64,000 nucleotides of DNA from Candidatus Latescibacterota bacterium (GTDB taxonomy: Bacteria > Latescibacterota > UBA2968 > UBA8231): assembly GCA_965215195.1 (NCBI GenBank), contig CBDCDC010000002.1, positions 4,544,001-4,608,000 of the forward strand, written 5' to 3'. A program made the translations under genes and the position numbers. How positions within the stretch are numbered: position 1 is the first letter of the stretch; the number at the start of each line of letters is the position of its first letter. Positions 39,745 through 49,434 of this stretch are shown here, in pieces. The notes below the pieces were generated by a model, which saw only the letters and a program-made list of their open reading frames with translations, did not search any database and was not told where the DNA came from.

Positions 39745-42309
39745 TTACCCCTTCGCCCAGTGGACCAACCCCATTTCCAAGGGATTTTGCAGGTCGGGGT
39801 GCGCGGGCACCACGCGCAGGGTGTAGCCGTGCGAGCCGGCCGCCGCGCACGTGAAGGTGCCGACGAAGTGGTAGGTGCCGTCGCCGTTGGGACCGGCCAA
39901 TTTTAGCGGGTACACCTCGGTCTGGGCGAACTCGCGCTGGGCATTGAGGCGGCCAGCGTAGATCTCGACGCGCACGTCCTCTGGCGCTAGCTCGCCCAAG
40001 GCCACCGCAGCGCGCAACGGCACCTGCATGCCCACCTTGAGCCGCCGCGGAAATTCGGCCTCCACCGCGCCGATCTGGACCTGCGCCCACTTGGAGCGCA
40101 CATGCGACTTCCAGTGCGTCAGCCGCTGGACCCGCTCGCGGTCGGCCGCCAATTCCTCAAAGCGGGCTTGTCCGGGCAAATAGAATCCCTCGACGTACTC
40201 GCGCACCATGCGGTGCGTGTTGTACTGCGGCGCGAGTTGGGCAATGGTCTCCTTCATGCGGGCGATCCAACCGCCGGGCAGTCCGTCCGCATCGCGCTGG
40301 TAGAAGAGCGGAATCACCTCGGTCTCTAGCAGGTCGTAGAGCGAATTGGACTCGACCGCGTCTTGGTAGTGCTCGTCGTCGTAGTCCTCGCCGCGGCCAA
40401 TGGTCCAACCAGCGTGCTCGTCGCAGGCCTCGTCCCACCAGCCGTCGAATACGCTGACGTTGAGCACGCCGTTGACCGCAGCCTTCATGCCAGACGTGCC
40501 CGACGCCTCCAAGGGGCGGCGGGGGTTATTGAGCCACACATCGCACCCTTGCACCAAGTAGCGGGCGAGGTTCATGTCGTAGTCTTGCAAAAAGAAAATC
40601 CGCCCATTAAAGGGTGCTTGCCGGGCGAGGTGGACGATTTGGCGGATCAGCTCTTTGCCGGCGTCGTCGCGGGGGTGGGCCTTGCCGGCGAAGAGAATCT
40701 GCACGGGCCGCTGCGAGTCCGCGAACAGGGCCTTGAGCCGCTCGATATTGCGGAAAATCAGGTTGCCGCGCTTGTACGTGGCAAAGCGGCGGGCAAAGCC
40801 AATGGTCAGCACCTCCGGGTCGAGCCGCGCTAGGGCCTGTTCAATTTTGGCGGCCGGCGCACCTTGGCCCTGCATCTGCTGGCGCAGGTAGTGGCGAGTT
40901 ACATCAATCAGCCGCTTGCGCCGGTGCTGGTGCGTGTCCCACAACGCGCGGTCGGGGATGCGATAGACCGGGGCCCAATCGCGCTCGTGGGCCGATACAA
41001 AGCGCCAAGTATCGCCGAGATGGCGGTCCAACAGCTCGGCCATTTCCAGCGAGATCCACGTGTGGAGATGGACGCCGTTGGTGACGTGGCCGATGGGGAT
41101 TTCGTGCTCTGAGAAGTCGGGCCACAGGCCCTGCCACATGCGGCGGCTAACCGCGCCGTGCAGGCGACTGACGCCATTGGCCCGGCCCGAGAGCCTGAGC
41201 GCCAAGACCGTCATGCAGAAGTCGGCGTGGAAATCGTGGGGATCGACCCGGCCCAAGCCGATAAATTCCTCGTGCGACAGGCCGAGCCACTCGCGGAAAT
41301 GGCCCAAGTGCGCCTCGACCAAGTCCGCTGGGAACCAGTCGTTGCCCGCCGCGACCGGGGTGTGGGTGGTGAACACATTGCCCACGATGCTGGCCTCGCG
41401 GGCCGTGGCAAACGAAAAGCCGTGCTCGGCCATGAGCCGGCGAATCCGCTCTAGGGCCAAAAAGGCCGAGTGCCCCTCGTTCATGTGGCAGACAGTGGGT
41501 TCGACGCCCACGGCTTGCAGGGCGCGCAGGCCGCCGATGCCGAGGAGGATCTCCTGCCGGATGCGCATGGCCGCGTCGCCGCCGTAGAGGCGGGCGGTAA
41601 TATCGCGGTCCGCCGGGGCGTTTTCGTCGAGGTTGGTATCGAGCAAATAGAGCCGCACCCGGCCCACCTGCACCTGCCAGATCCGCGCCTGCACCAAGCC
41701 ATGGGCAAAGGGAACCTCAATGGCGAGGGGCTCCCCGTCGCGGCCGTGGACCGGCTGCACCGGCATCTGGTAGAAGTCGTTTTCCGGGTTGCGCTCTATC
41801 TGCCAGCCATCGGCGTTGAGGGCTTGGTGGAAATAGCCCTCGCGGTAGAGCAAGCCGACCCCGACGAGGGGGATGCCTAAGTCGCTGGCGGCCTTGAGGT
41901 GGTCGCCGGCGAGCACGCCCAAGCCCCCGGAATAGATGCGCAGGCTCTCGGTCAGGCCGAATTCCGCCGAAAAGTACGCAACCTGTAACTGGCTCTCGCC
42001 GTGCGTCTGGCCAAACCACGTCGGATGCGACAAATAGCCGGCGAATTGCTCGCCGACGCGCTCGATGCGGCCCCGCAGTTGCTCGTCGGCGATTAGGGCG
42101 TCGAGCTGGTCTGGCCGCAGGGAAGCCCAAAAGCGCAGGGGATTGCGCTGGCTCTCGATCCACGTTTGCGGGTCGATCTGGTAGAGGGTGCGGATGGTTT
42201 CCTTGCTCCAAGTCCACCAGAGGTTGTGCCCCAGCTCCCACAGCGGCGTCAGTTGCTCGGGCAGGGACGGAATGATATTGAGGCGATATAGAGGCTTCAT
42301 GGCTTTCAT
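39745..42309 (-). CDS. glgP: Alpha-glucan phosphorylase
   Basis: YSGGLGVLAGD, HMNEGH, FARRFATYKR, EASGTSGMKA. Confidence 0.96.
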   Translation of the reverse strand: MKAMKPLYRLNIIPSLPEQLTPLWELGHNLWWTWSKETIRTLYQIDPQTWIESQRNPLRFWASLRPDQLDALIADEQLRGRIERVGEQFAGYLSHPTWFGQTHGESQLQVAYFSAEFGLTESLRIYSGGLGVLAGDHLKAASDLGIPLVGVGLLYREGYFHQALNADGWQIERNPENDFYQMPVQPVHGRDGEPLAIEVPFAHGLVQARIWQVQVGRVRLYLLDTNLDENAPADRDITARLYGGDAAMRIRQEILLGIGGLRALQAVGVEPTVCHMNEGHSAFLALERIRRLMAEHGFSFATAREASIVGNVFTTHTPVAAGNDWFPADLVEAHLGHFREWLGLSHEEFIGLGRVDPHDFHADFCMTVLALRLSGRANGVSRLHGAVSRRMWQGLWPDFSEHEIPIGHVTNGVHLHTWISLEMAELLDRHLGDTWRFVSAHERDWAPVYRIPDRALWDTHQHRRKRLIDVTRHYLRQQMQGQGAPAAKIEQALARLDPEVLTIGFARRFATYKRGNLIFRNIERLKALFADSQRPVQILFAGKAHPRDDAGKELIRQIVHLARQAPFNGRIFFLQDYDMNLARYLVQGCDVWLNNPRRPLEASGTSGMKAAVNGVLNVSVFDGWWDEACDEHAGWTIGRGEDYDDEHYQDAVESNSLYDLLETEVIPLFYQRDADGLPGGWIARMKETIAQLAPQYNTHRMVREYVEGFYLPGQARFEELAADRERVQRLTHWKSHVRSKWAQVQIGAVEAEFPRRLKVGMQVPLRAAVALGELAPEDVRVEIYAGRLNAQREFAQTEVYPLKLAGPNGDGTYHFVGTFTCAAAGSHGYTLRVVPAHPDLQNPLEMGLVHWAKG

Positions 42310-42403
42310 TTGTGGTTGAAGGACGCCCTAAGACAGCGGCGAGGGCGCGTTTTGTCAAGGTTTGTCCAAGCCCTATACTTAAAGAAAAGCTCAGGAGAGT
42401 GTT

Positions 42404-43414
42404 ATGCGCGCAACACCCAAGGTGATCATCAGCGGCTTTGCCGACGAGGGGCCGGCCGACAAAAAGGCCGAAGCCCAGCTAACCATGCTGGCGGCGCTGG
42501 GCATGTCGCACTACAGCTTGCGCTTTGTCGATGCGGGACAGGGCGTCAAAAACGCAATGCAGCTAACCCGGCCCGAGATCGCGCGGCTGCGCCAATTGCA
42601 CGGCGAATTCGGGATTGCAGTGGCCTCGATCGGCTCGCCGATTGGCAAGGTCAAGCTGTGCGATGTAGAAGACGGCTCGGCCAATGCCTATATCCCATTC
42701 GACCAGTACTTGCAACAGGACGTGCAGCGGGCCGTGGATCTGGCCGGCGAGTTTGAGACGCGGCTGATTCGCGGGTTCTCGTTTTACCATCCCCAAGGCG
42801 AAGAGCCAGCCGATTACGTGGAGCCGGCGGCCGAGCGGCTGGCGCAAATCGCCGAGGTCTGTAGCCGAGGCGGGGCCATTTTCGGCCTAGAAGTTGAGGC
42901 CAACCTCGTCGGCCAAAACGGGCGGCTCCTGCAAGAGCTCTACGAGATGGTGGCCCACCCCAACCTGTGCCTGATTTTCGACGGCGGCAATCTGTCGAGC
43001 CAAAACTTCACCCCGGTCGAGACGCTAGCCGAGTATCGTGCAATGCGCGCGGGGATTGGCTGGATGCACATCAAGGACTACACAATTGACCCGGCCCTCC
43101 AGTGGCAGGGCGTCGTGGATGAGGAGCGGCTCAAAAACTTTGTGCCCGCCGACCGCGGCGACTCCGCGCACGAGGCCATATTGCGCGACTTCCGCACGCG
43201 CATCCCGGCCTTGGAGCGCGAACTGAAGCAGAAGGGAGTTCCGGGCGTGTTCCTCGACTTGGAGCCGCACCTAAAGGGCGGCGGGCAGTTTGGCGGTTTC
43301 AGCGGCGTCGATGGGTTTGGGGTCGCGCTGCGGGCGCTGCTCAACCTGCTCGACTACGTGGGCATCGGCTACGCCCTGACCGACTACGAGGCCATCGCCC
43401 GGCAGCGGGACTAA
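42404..43414 (+). CDS. Sugar phosphate isomerase/epimerase (TIM barrel)
   Basis: SGFADE, IGSPIGK, MHIKD, LEPHL. Confidence 0.82.
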   Translation: MRATPKVIISGFADEGPADKKAEAQLTMLAALGMSHYSLRFVDAGQGVKNAMQLTRPEIARLRQLHGEFGIAVASIGSPIGKVKLCDVEDGSANAYIPFDQYLQQDVQRAVDLAGEFETRLIRGFSFYHPQGEEPADYVEPAAERLAQIAEVCSRGGAIFGLEVEANLVGQNGRLLQELYEMVAHPNLCLIFDGGNLSSQNFTPVETLAEYRAMRAGIGWMHIKDYTIDPALQWQGVVDEERLKNFVPADRGDSAHEAILRDFRTRIPALERELKQKGVPGVFLDLEPHLKGGGQFGGFSGVDGFGVALRALLNLLDYVGIGYALTDYEAIARQRD

Positions 43415-44640
43415 CGCCCTTGCGCCACCAGCTCCTCGTGTCGCTTTTGGAAGGCCGCGCTGTTGTCGTCCTCAATCACCTGCAAATCGACGCCTTGCTC
43501 AAACCCGGGAATGTTGCCGGCGTAGAAGGCCCGCTGATAGCGGTCTTCAGCGGTAAATTCCCACTCCCGCGCTTTGCTGCCGCCCGGCCAGTACACGCGG
43601 AGAATGCGCTTTTGGGCCAAGTAGCGGTGTTTGGGCGTAGGCTCTGCGGGGTCCACTCGGTACGTTGCAATCGCCTCTTCATCCACCGAGACGCCCAAGC
43701 CGGGCGCGTCTGGAACCGGCATATAGCCATCGCGCACCTCGATAGGCTCTTGCAGCAGGTCGTCCTCCCACAGCTCGTGGCAGGTGATATAGGGCAGTTG
43801 GGCGTGCGAGAGCACCGCGCCGAGGTGCGCCGCATACGCAGTGGTTAAGCCAGCGCCGACGAGCTGGAGCCAAAAGGGCTTGTTGTGGGCGGCCGCGAGG
43901 GTTGCCGACCGCCGGGTCTCGGTCGCGCCGCTGCCGATGACAAAACCATCGCAGCAGTTGTTGCGCAGATATTGGTCTTGGTAGTGCTCGACAATGGGTT
44001 TGCGCACCCGCTCGCGCAAAATCCGCGCCCCATCCACGTCCGAGTGCAGGTAAAACGGGCTTTCGTACATGCCGACATTGGGGTTTTCGTCGAGTTTTTG
44101 CAGGACGATTTCGGCCTTGGCTTGGTTGAGCAAGAAGCCGTTGAAGTCCACGTCGAATTTGTAGTCGGCCGGGACGACCTCGGCGACCGCATTGGTTTGG
44201 GCGATAATGTCGCGCCAAGGACGGGCCTTCATCTTAAAGGTGGTGTACCCGCGCTTTAGCGATTCCTCGGCCTCGGCGACCCAGTCTTGGGGCGGCATAT
44301 CTATATCCCACCAGGATATGGGGCAGCGGTCGCGGACCTTGACGCCGAGCAGTTCGTGTACGGGTACGCCGTTGTCTTGGCCCACTAGGTCGAGGCAGGC
44401 GACTTGCGGGCCAAAGCCGATCTCGTCGCGGTTTATCAAGCTGGCTGGATTTTGCCCGACGAGGCCATCGACCGAGGGCTGGCCGTGGCTGTCGGCCCAG
44501 CCCACGAGGCCGTTGTCCGTCTCCAAGCGCACCATCCACACGCGCTCGTCGTGGGTCGAGGCGCGCTGCATGGCGCGAGTGACGTGCTCGGCGTAGAAGG
44601 GGATATTGAGGGCAATGGATTCAGCGTGGGTGATCTTCAT
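43411..44640 (-). CDS. Mandelate racemase / muconate lactonizing enzyme family protein
   Basis: FKMK, VDFN, PDAPGLGV. Confidence 0.85.
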   Translation of the reverse strand: MKITHAESIALNIPFYAEHVTRAMQRASTHDERVWMVRLETDNGLVGWADSHGQPSVDGLVGQNPASLINRDEIGFGPQVACLDLVGQDNGVPVHELLGVKVRDRCPISWWDIDMPPQDWVAEAEESLKRGYTTFKMKARPWRDIIAQTNAVAEVVPADYKFDVDFNGFLLNQAKAEIVLQKLDENPNVGMYESPFYLHSDVDGARILRERVRKPIVEHYQDQYLRNNCCDGFVIGSGATETRRSATLAAAHNKPFWLQLVGAGLTTAYAAHLGAVLSHAQLPYITCHELWEDDLLQEPIEVRDGYMPVPDAPGLGVSVDEEAIATYRVDPAEPTPKHRYLAQKRILRVYWPGGSKAREWEFTAEDRYQRAFYAGNIPGFEQGVDLQVIEDDNSAAFQKRHEELVAQGR

Positions 44641-44798
44641 GGGGTCCTCCGCGGATGATGGGGTCACAGGCTAGTGGACAGAAGACACGCAAAAATTCGC
44701 CGGCGAGCAACCGTTAATTTAAGGTCAGTGGCCAGCGATCAATCCCAACCCCCCTTGGCGGGGAATTGACCACTGACCATTAACAAAGAGGTAATGCT

Positions 44799-46301
44799 AT
44801 GAGCAAACTATATGAAACCTTTGTAGAACGGCTCCACGAGCTAGCCGACATCGGCCACGCTCAGGGGCTGATGAGCTGGGACCAAGAGACCTATATGCCG
44901 CCGCGAGGCGCGGCCATGCGGGCTAGGGCGATGGGCACCTTGGCCGGTCTGTACCACGAGCGGCTCACCGCACCGGAATTGGTCGCGCTCGTCGCGGACC
45001 TCAAGGACGCCGACCTAACAGGCGACGCGGCCGTCAACGTCCGCGAGATCGATCGCCAGCAGAGCCGGTCGCTCAAACTGCCCAAGGAACTGGTCGTCGA
45101 GCTGAGCCAGACCGAGTCCTTGGGGCACGAGGCTTGGGTTGAGGCGCGGAAAAAATCGGACTTCGCGCTCTTCCGGCCTTGGCTGGAGAAAATAGTCGCG
45201 CTCAAAAAGGAGGTGGCCGAGCGAGTCGGGTACGAAGGCGCGATGTACAACGCCCTGCTCGACGAGTACGAGCCTTATGCGCGGGCCGAGGAGATCGCCC
45301 CGGTCTTTGCCCAACTCAAAGCCCAGCTCGTGCCGCTAGTCGAGCAGATCGCCGCCACCGGGCAGTACCCGGCGCGGGGCGTACTCGACCGCGAATACCC
45401 CATAGCGCAACAGGAGCTTTTGGGGCGGCAGGTGCTGGCGGACATGGGCTTCGACATGCAGGCCGGGCGGCTCGACTTGGCGGTGCATCCGTTTTGCTCG
45501 GGCACGTCCCGCGACGACGTGCGGCTGACCACGCGCTACAATGCCGATTGGCTGCCCGGTGCGCTCTTTGGCACCATCCACGAGGCCGGACACGGGCTGT
45601 ACGAACAGGGCCTGCCGGCCGACGCCAGCGGCACCCCGGCTGGCGCGAGCGTCTCGCTGGGGATCCACGAGTCGCAATCGCGGCTGTGGGAAAACATGGT
45701 CGGCCGCAGCAAAGCCTTTTGGACGCACTACCTGCCCAAGCTGCGAGCGATTTTTCCCCAGCAGCTCAGCGCGGTTGAGCTAGACGCCTTTTACGCGGCC
45801 GTCAATCAAGTCGAGCCTTCGCTGATCCGGGTTGAGGCCGACGAGGTGACGTACAACCTCCACATCCTGCTGCGTTTTGAACTGGAGTGCGACCTGATCG
45901 ACGGGCGGGTTGCCGTGGCTGAGTTGCCGGCCGCGTGGAACGAGCGGATGGAGCAGTACTTGGGCATCCGCCCGCCCGACGACGCCCGCGGCGTACTGCA
46001 AGACACGCACTGGTCTTGCGGCTTGCTGGGCTATTTCCCGACCTACGCGCTGGGCAACCTGTACGCGGCCCAGTTTTTCCACCAAGCCCACCGCGACTTA
46101 CCCGACCTCGAAGCACAGATCGCGCAGGGCGCGCTCGGGCCGCTCAAAACTTGGCTCAACGAAAAAATCCACGCCCGCGGCGCGCGGGCAACGGCCAGCG
46201 AATTGGTCGCGGAGGTGACGGGCGCAACGCTGAGTGCGGATTACTTCATCGACTATTTGCAGGAGAAGTTCGGTGCGCTCTACGGGTTTTCCGCTGCTTG
46301 A
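44799..46301 (+). CDS. Carboxypeptidase, M32 family
   Basis: HPF, HEAGH, HESQS, IRVEADE, GYFPTY. Confidence 0.94.
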   Translation: MSKLYETFVERLHELADIGHAQGLMSWDQETYMPPRGAAMRARAMGTLAGLYHERLTAPELVALVADLKDADLTGDAAVNVREIDRQQSRSLKLPKELVVELSQTESLGHEAWVEARKKSDFALFRPWLEKIVALKKEVAERVGYEGAMYNALLDEYEPYARAEEIAPVFAQLKAQLVPLVEQIAATGQYPARGVLDREYPIAQQELLGRQVLADMGFDMQAGRLDLAVHPFCSGTSRDDVRLTTRYNADWLPGALFGTIHEAGHGLYEQGLPADASGTPAGASVSLGIHESQSRLWENMVGRSKAFWTHYLPKLRAIFPQQLSAVELDAFYAAVNQVEPSLIRVEADEVTYNLHILLRFELECDLIDGRVAVAELPAAWNERMEQYLGIRPPDDARGVLQDTHWSCGLLGYFPTYALGNLYAAQFFHQAHRDLPDLEAQIAQGALGPLKTWLNEKIHARGARATASELVAEVTGATLSADYFIDYLQEKFGALYGFSAA

Positions 46302-46306
46302 CCACC

Positions 46307-46331
46307 GTAGGGGCGATTCGCGAATCGCCCT
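46307..46331 (+). repeat. GTAG-type REP-like palindrome
   Basis: GTAG followed by the perfect 20-bp palindrome GGGCGATTCGCGAATCGCCC, between convergent genes. Confidence 0.65.
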
Positions 46332-46367
46332 AGGCGTTGGGTGGCTAGATGGGCGCAGTCGTCGCCT

Positions 46368-47390
46368 TCAGCCGATGACCTGTTGCAGGAGCCTAAGCTG
46401 GTTCGCGCCGAGGATTTTGCGGATATCGGCCTCGGCATAGCCGCGGGCGGCCAAACCCACTGCAATGTCCGGGAGGCAGGTCGCGTCTGCCAAGAGCAAG
46501 CCGCCGCCGTCAAAATCCGACCCCAAGCCGACGTGGTCGATGCCAGCGACCGCGACCGCGTGTTCAATGTGGTTGAGCAGGCCGCCGAAGGTGGGGTTGT
46601 GCGCGTCGATAAAGTCTGGGACAAAGGTGATGCCCACGACCCCGCCCTTTTCGGCGAGGGCGCGTAGCTGCTCGTCGCCGAGGTTGCGCGGGTGGTCGCA
46701 GAGGGCGCGGCAGCAGCTATGGGTGGCCATAAAGGGGGCTTGGGCCGCTCGGGCCACGTCCCAAAAGCCCGGTTCGTTGAGATGCGATACATCGACGACC
46801 ATGCCTAGCTCGTTCATCTGCGCTAGTAGCTGGCGGCCAAAGCCGGTCAAGCCGCCGCCGCCCGCGACCTCGCAGCCGTCTCCGGCCCAGGAGCGCGTAC
46901 TGTGGGTGAGGGTCATGGCGCGGACGCCTAGCTGGTAGAGCAGCGGCAGGACGTGGAGGCTTCTCTCCAGCGCATCGCTGTTTTCCACCGCCAGCACGGC
47001 CGCCAAGCGGCCCTCGGCGCGGGCGCACTCAATGTCAGCCGCGCTGTGCGCCACGGCAATGCCCCCGCTGTGCTCTTCCACTTCCTGCAAAAAATAGCCC
47101 AAGGCGTCCATGCAGTAGAGCAGGTGGTTGCCCCGAGGGCGGGTACAGTCAACGGCGAAAAACGCCGCGTCTAGCCCGCCCTCGCGCGCCTTGGGCAAGT
47201 CGAGCTGAACGCCGGCGCCCGGCGGCTGGTACTGGCGCAAATAGGCGACGGCCCCTTCGCGCTGGTGGAAGTCAGCGCGCTGTGCGCCATCTAAAGACAT
47301 GCCCCGGCGGATCAGGGCGACGATGCTGTCGTTGTGCGCGTCGATGACCAAAGAGTCTTGGTGCAGGCGGCGGGCGGTTTGTTCGTTCAT
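46368..47390 (-). CDS. Membrane dipeptidase (M19)
   Basis: DAHND, VDVSH, THS, HPRN, GLGSDFDG. Confidence 0.92.
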   Translation of the reverse strand: MNEQTARRLHQDSLVIDAHNDSIVALIRRGMSLDGAQRADFHQREGAVAYLRQYQPPGAGVQLDLPKAREGGLDAAFFAVDCTRPRGNHLLYCMDALGYFLQEVEEHSGGIAVAHSAADIECARAEGRLAAVLAVENSDALERSLHVLPLLYQLGVRAMTLTHSTRSWAGDGCEVAGGGGLTGFGRQLLAQMNELGMVVDVSHLNEPGFWDVARAAQAPFMATHSCCRALCDHPRNLGDEQLRALAEKGGVVGITFVPDFIDAHNPTFGGLLNHIEHAVAVAGIDHVGLGSDFDGGGLLLADATCLPDIAVGLAARGYAEADIRKILGANQLRLLQQVIG

Positions 47391-47404
47391 TGGCATTATT
47401 GACT

Positions 47405-48085
47405 TCACCTCCTATTCAGGGTCTCCAGCCGACAAAGCCATTCGCCGAAATGGTTACACTCCAATCGCAACGTAGGCAATCCGATTTTCTCCGCAACAAT
47501 AGGAGCCGCGGATACTTTCATTCTCTCGTATTCTGGTATTGCGCCGATAATTCGCTTTGATGGGGCGGTGTTGTTCCCGTCATTGATGAGCTCCGGCGAA
47601 TCAAAACTGACGACCATATCGACAAGTCGCCGTATTCCAGCACTGCTATCAAATTGCGAATCGAGTTTCTGAGGATCGGACAACAATAATGCCTCGAACT
47701 CGTGAAGCTGAAAATACGGGATAAATCGCCGATCAGAAATGTCTTTTCCCAGAGCGTCCTCCAATACCTTGACCCGTCCGTAGGCATCGGATCTCTGCTT
47801 TGCGTCTTTGTAGCCGGGAAAATTCGTCGGCAGACCGTACACGTCAAACATGGTTGTGAAACGCACATCCGAATTCCGATCTTCCTTTATCCAAGCATTG
47901 ATATCATTCTTGGCCTTCTCATAACTCTCAATACCCCCACGATGCTTAATGTTGCGTCTCCGACTCGTCAGGACACAGCGAGCCTGCGCCCAGATCTCAA
48001 ACCCGGCTAGATACGGACTTAAGATTTGTTTCACGAACGCTTCTTCAGTCTGCCCCTCAACGATGAAATTCAGTCTGATGGCCAC
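47405..48085 (-). CDS. DUF4276 family (TOPRIM-like) protein
   Basis: IVEGQTE, HEFEALL, PELIND..APSKRI; start overlaps the ATPase stop. Confidence 0.85.
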   Translation of the reverse strand: MAIRLNFIVEGQTEEAFVKQILSPYLAGFEIWAQARCVLTSRRRNIKHRGGIESYEKAKNDINAWIKEDRNSDVRFTTMFDVYGLPTNFPGYKDAKQRSDAYGRVKVLEDALGKDISDRRFIPYFQLHEFEALLLSDPQKLDSQFDSSAGIRRLVDMVVSFDSPELINDGNNTAPSKRIIGAIPEYERMKVSAAPIVAEKIGLPTLRLECNHFGEWLCRLETLNRR

Positions 48086-49191
48086 TAGGGTCGCCCTCCG
48101 AGCACGTTCTTTTCCCACAACTCGGAAAGCGAATAATCTTCGAGCCATTCTTCGAGGGCCTCGGCGTTTAGCTGTCTGAAAGTAGAACTGCGGCCTTCGC
48201 GCTCGACGACGACAATATCTGCTGGCTCAAAGCAATCAACCAGTGCCGTGGATTGCGTAGCGACGATGACCTGGACCTTGGTCGATGCGGCACGTATCAA
48301 ACCGCCGACGATGTTAATGGCGTAGGGGTGCAATCCAAGTTCTGGTTCGTCGAGGATCAAAACGTCCGGCAAATCCCGTTCTGGCTGAAGGAGAAGAGTA
48401 ACAAGCGATACGACTCGCAACATGCCATCCGACGCCTGTGACACACTAAATACCCGATCACTGTTTCGTTCGCGCCAGTTCAGGAGAAGACGATTATACT
48501 GTGGCTCCAACACGAAATCAGAAAAGAAGGGCAGGATTAACCGAATGGTATCTACGATCCGCTGATAGCACCTGTTGTCGTCTTTCTTCAAGCGAAGTAG
48601 AAAGGGCGCGATATTGGCAGCATCTTCCTTCAACCATCGGTTATCATCCATATACCACTTTTCGCGTATGCGAGCAGTGTCCGACGTGTTGTGGAACTGA
48701 TATACGACTATTTTTTGCAGAAGATTTAGAACTACGCGAGCTGTTTCATCTTGGCTAGCCTTATCGAGAAGTTGCGGCGCGAAATGTCCGACACCTGTTT
48801 GCTGCCACCTCGCAAGAGTAGGGTAGTCCCGGCGAGAGAATCGGTATCGCTCGTCCGCGAAAATCAACATATCTCCTGCCGCGTAAACCAACCGAAACGC
48901 GTACTGATTTTCGCCAGCATCGGTCTTAATGGTCAGTTCTGCCTCAATCTCTCGCGTCTTGGCTGGACCGTCGTGCAACAAGGTGCTGGCACCGCCTTGC
49001 TGACTCACGTAAAGCGGAAGGTGGTCCGGGTCTGATAATGCCCAACTTATCATGCGAAAAAAAGAGATGAAATTGGATTTTCCAGCGCCGTTGGGTCCAA
49101 TCAGCACGGTCAAGGGACGAGGCTTGAAGTCCTTCAGCTCTCGAATGGTCTTGAACCCTTTGAGAGTTATCGCATCAAGCCTGTTTCTCAT
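48085..49191 (-). CDS. AAA_21/ABC-type ATPase
   Basis: GPNGAGKSN, SDGMLR, LDEPELGLHP, ATQS, LSELWEKNVLGGRP. Confidence 0.9.
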   Translation of the reverse strand: MRNRLDAITLKGFKTIRELKDFKPRPLTVLIGPNGAGKSNFISFFRMISWALSDPDHLPLYVSQQGGASTLLHDGPAKTREIEAELTIKTDAGENQYAFRLVYAAGDMLIFADERYRFSRRDYPTLARWQQTGVGHFAPQLLDKASQDETARVVLNLLQKIVVYQFHNTSDTARIREKWYMDDNRWLKEDAANIAPFLLRLKKDDNRCYQRIVDTIRLILPFFSDFVLEPQYNRLLLNWRERNSDRVFSVSQASDGMLRVVSLVTLLLQPERDLPDVLILDEPELGLHPYAINIVGGLIRAASTKVQVIVATQSTALVDCFEPADIVVVEREGRSSTFRQLNAEALEEWLEDYSLSELWEKNVLGGRP

Positions 49192-49434
49192 GTTCTCCCT
49201 CGAAATTTGTCGAGCGCATCCTCGTAGGCTTGGACTCGGACCGCACCCACTTGAAAGCGAGTTCGTACGGACGCGGAATCGCGCTAGGGCCAAGACGCTT
49301 AAAAGCAGAGGATCTTCCAGCGCGAGCGCGTACTGCCTAAGCGAATTGCAGGCCGCGTCGCGGTCGTCGCTGTAGGACCATCCTTTACCGTCGTACGCCC
49401 ACCTGGCAATGAACGTGCCCGCACGTCTCTCCCT

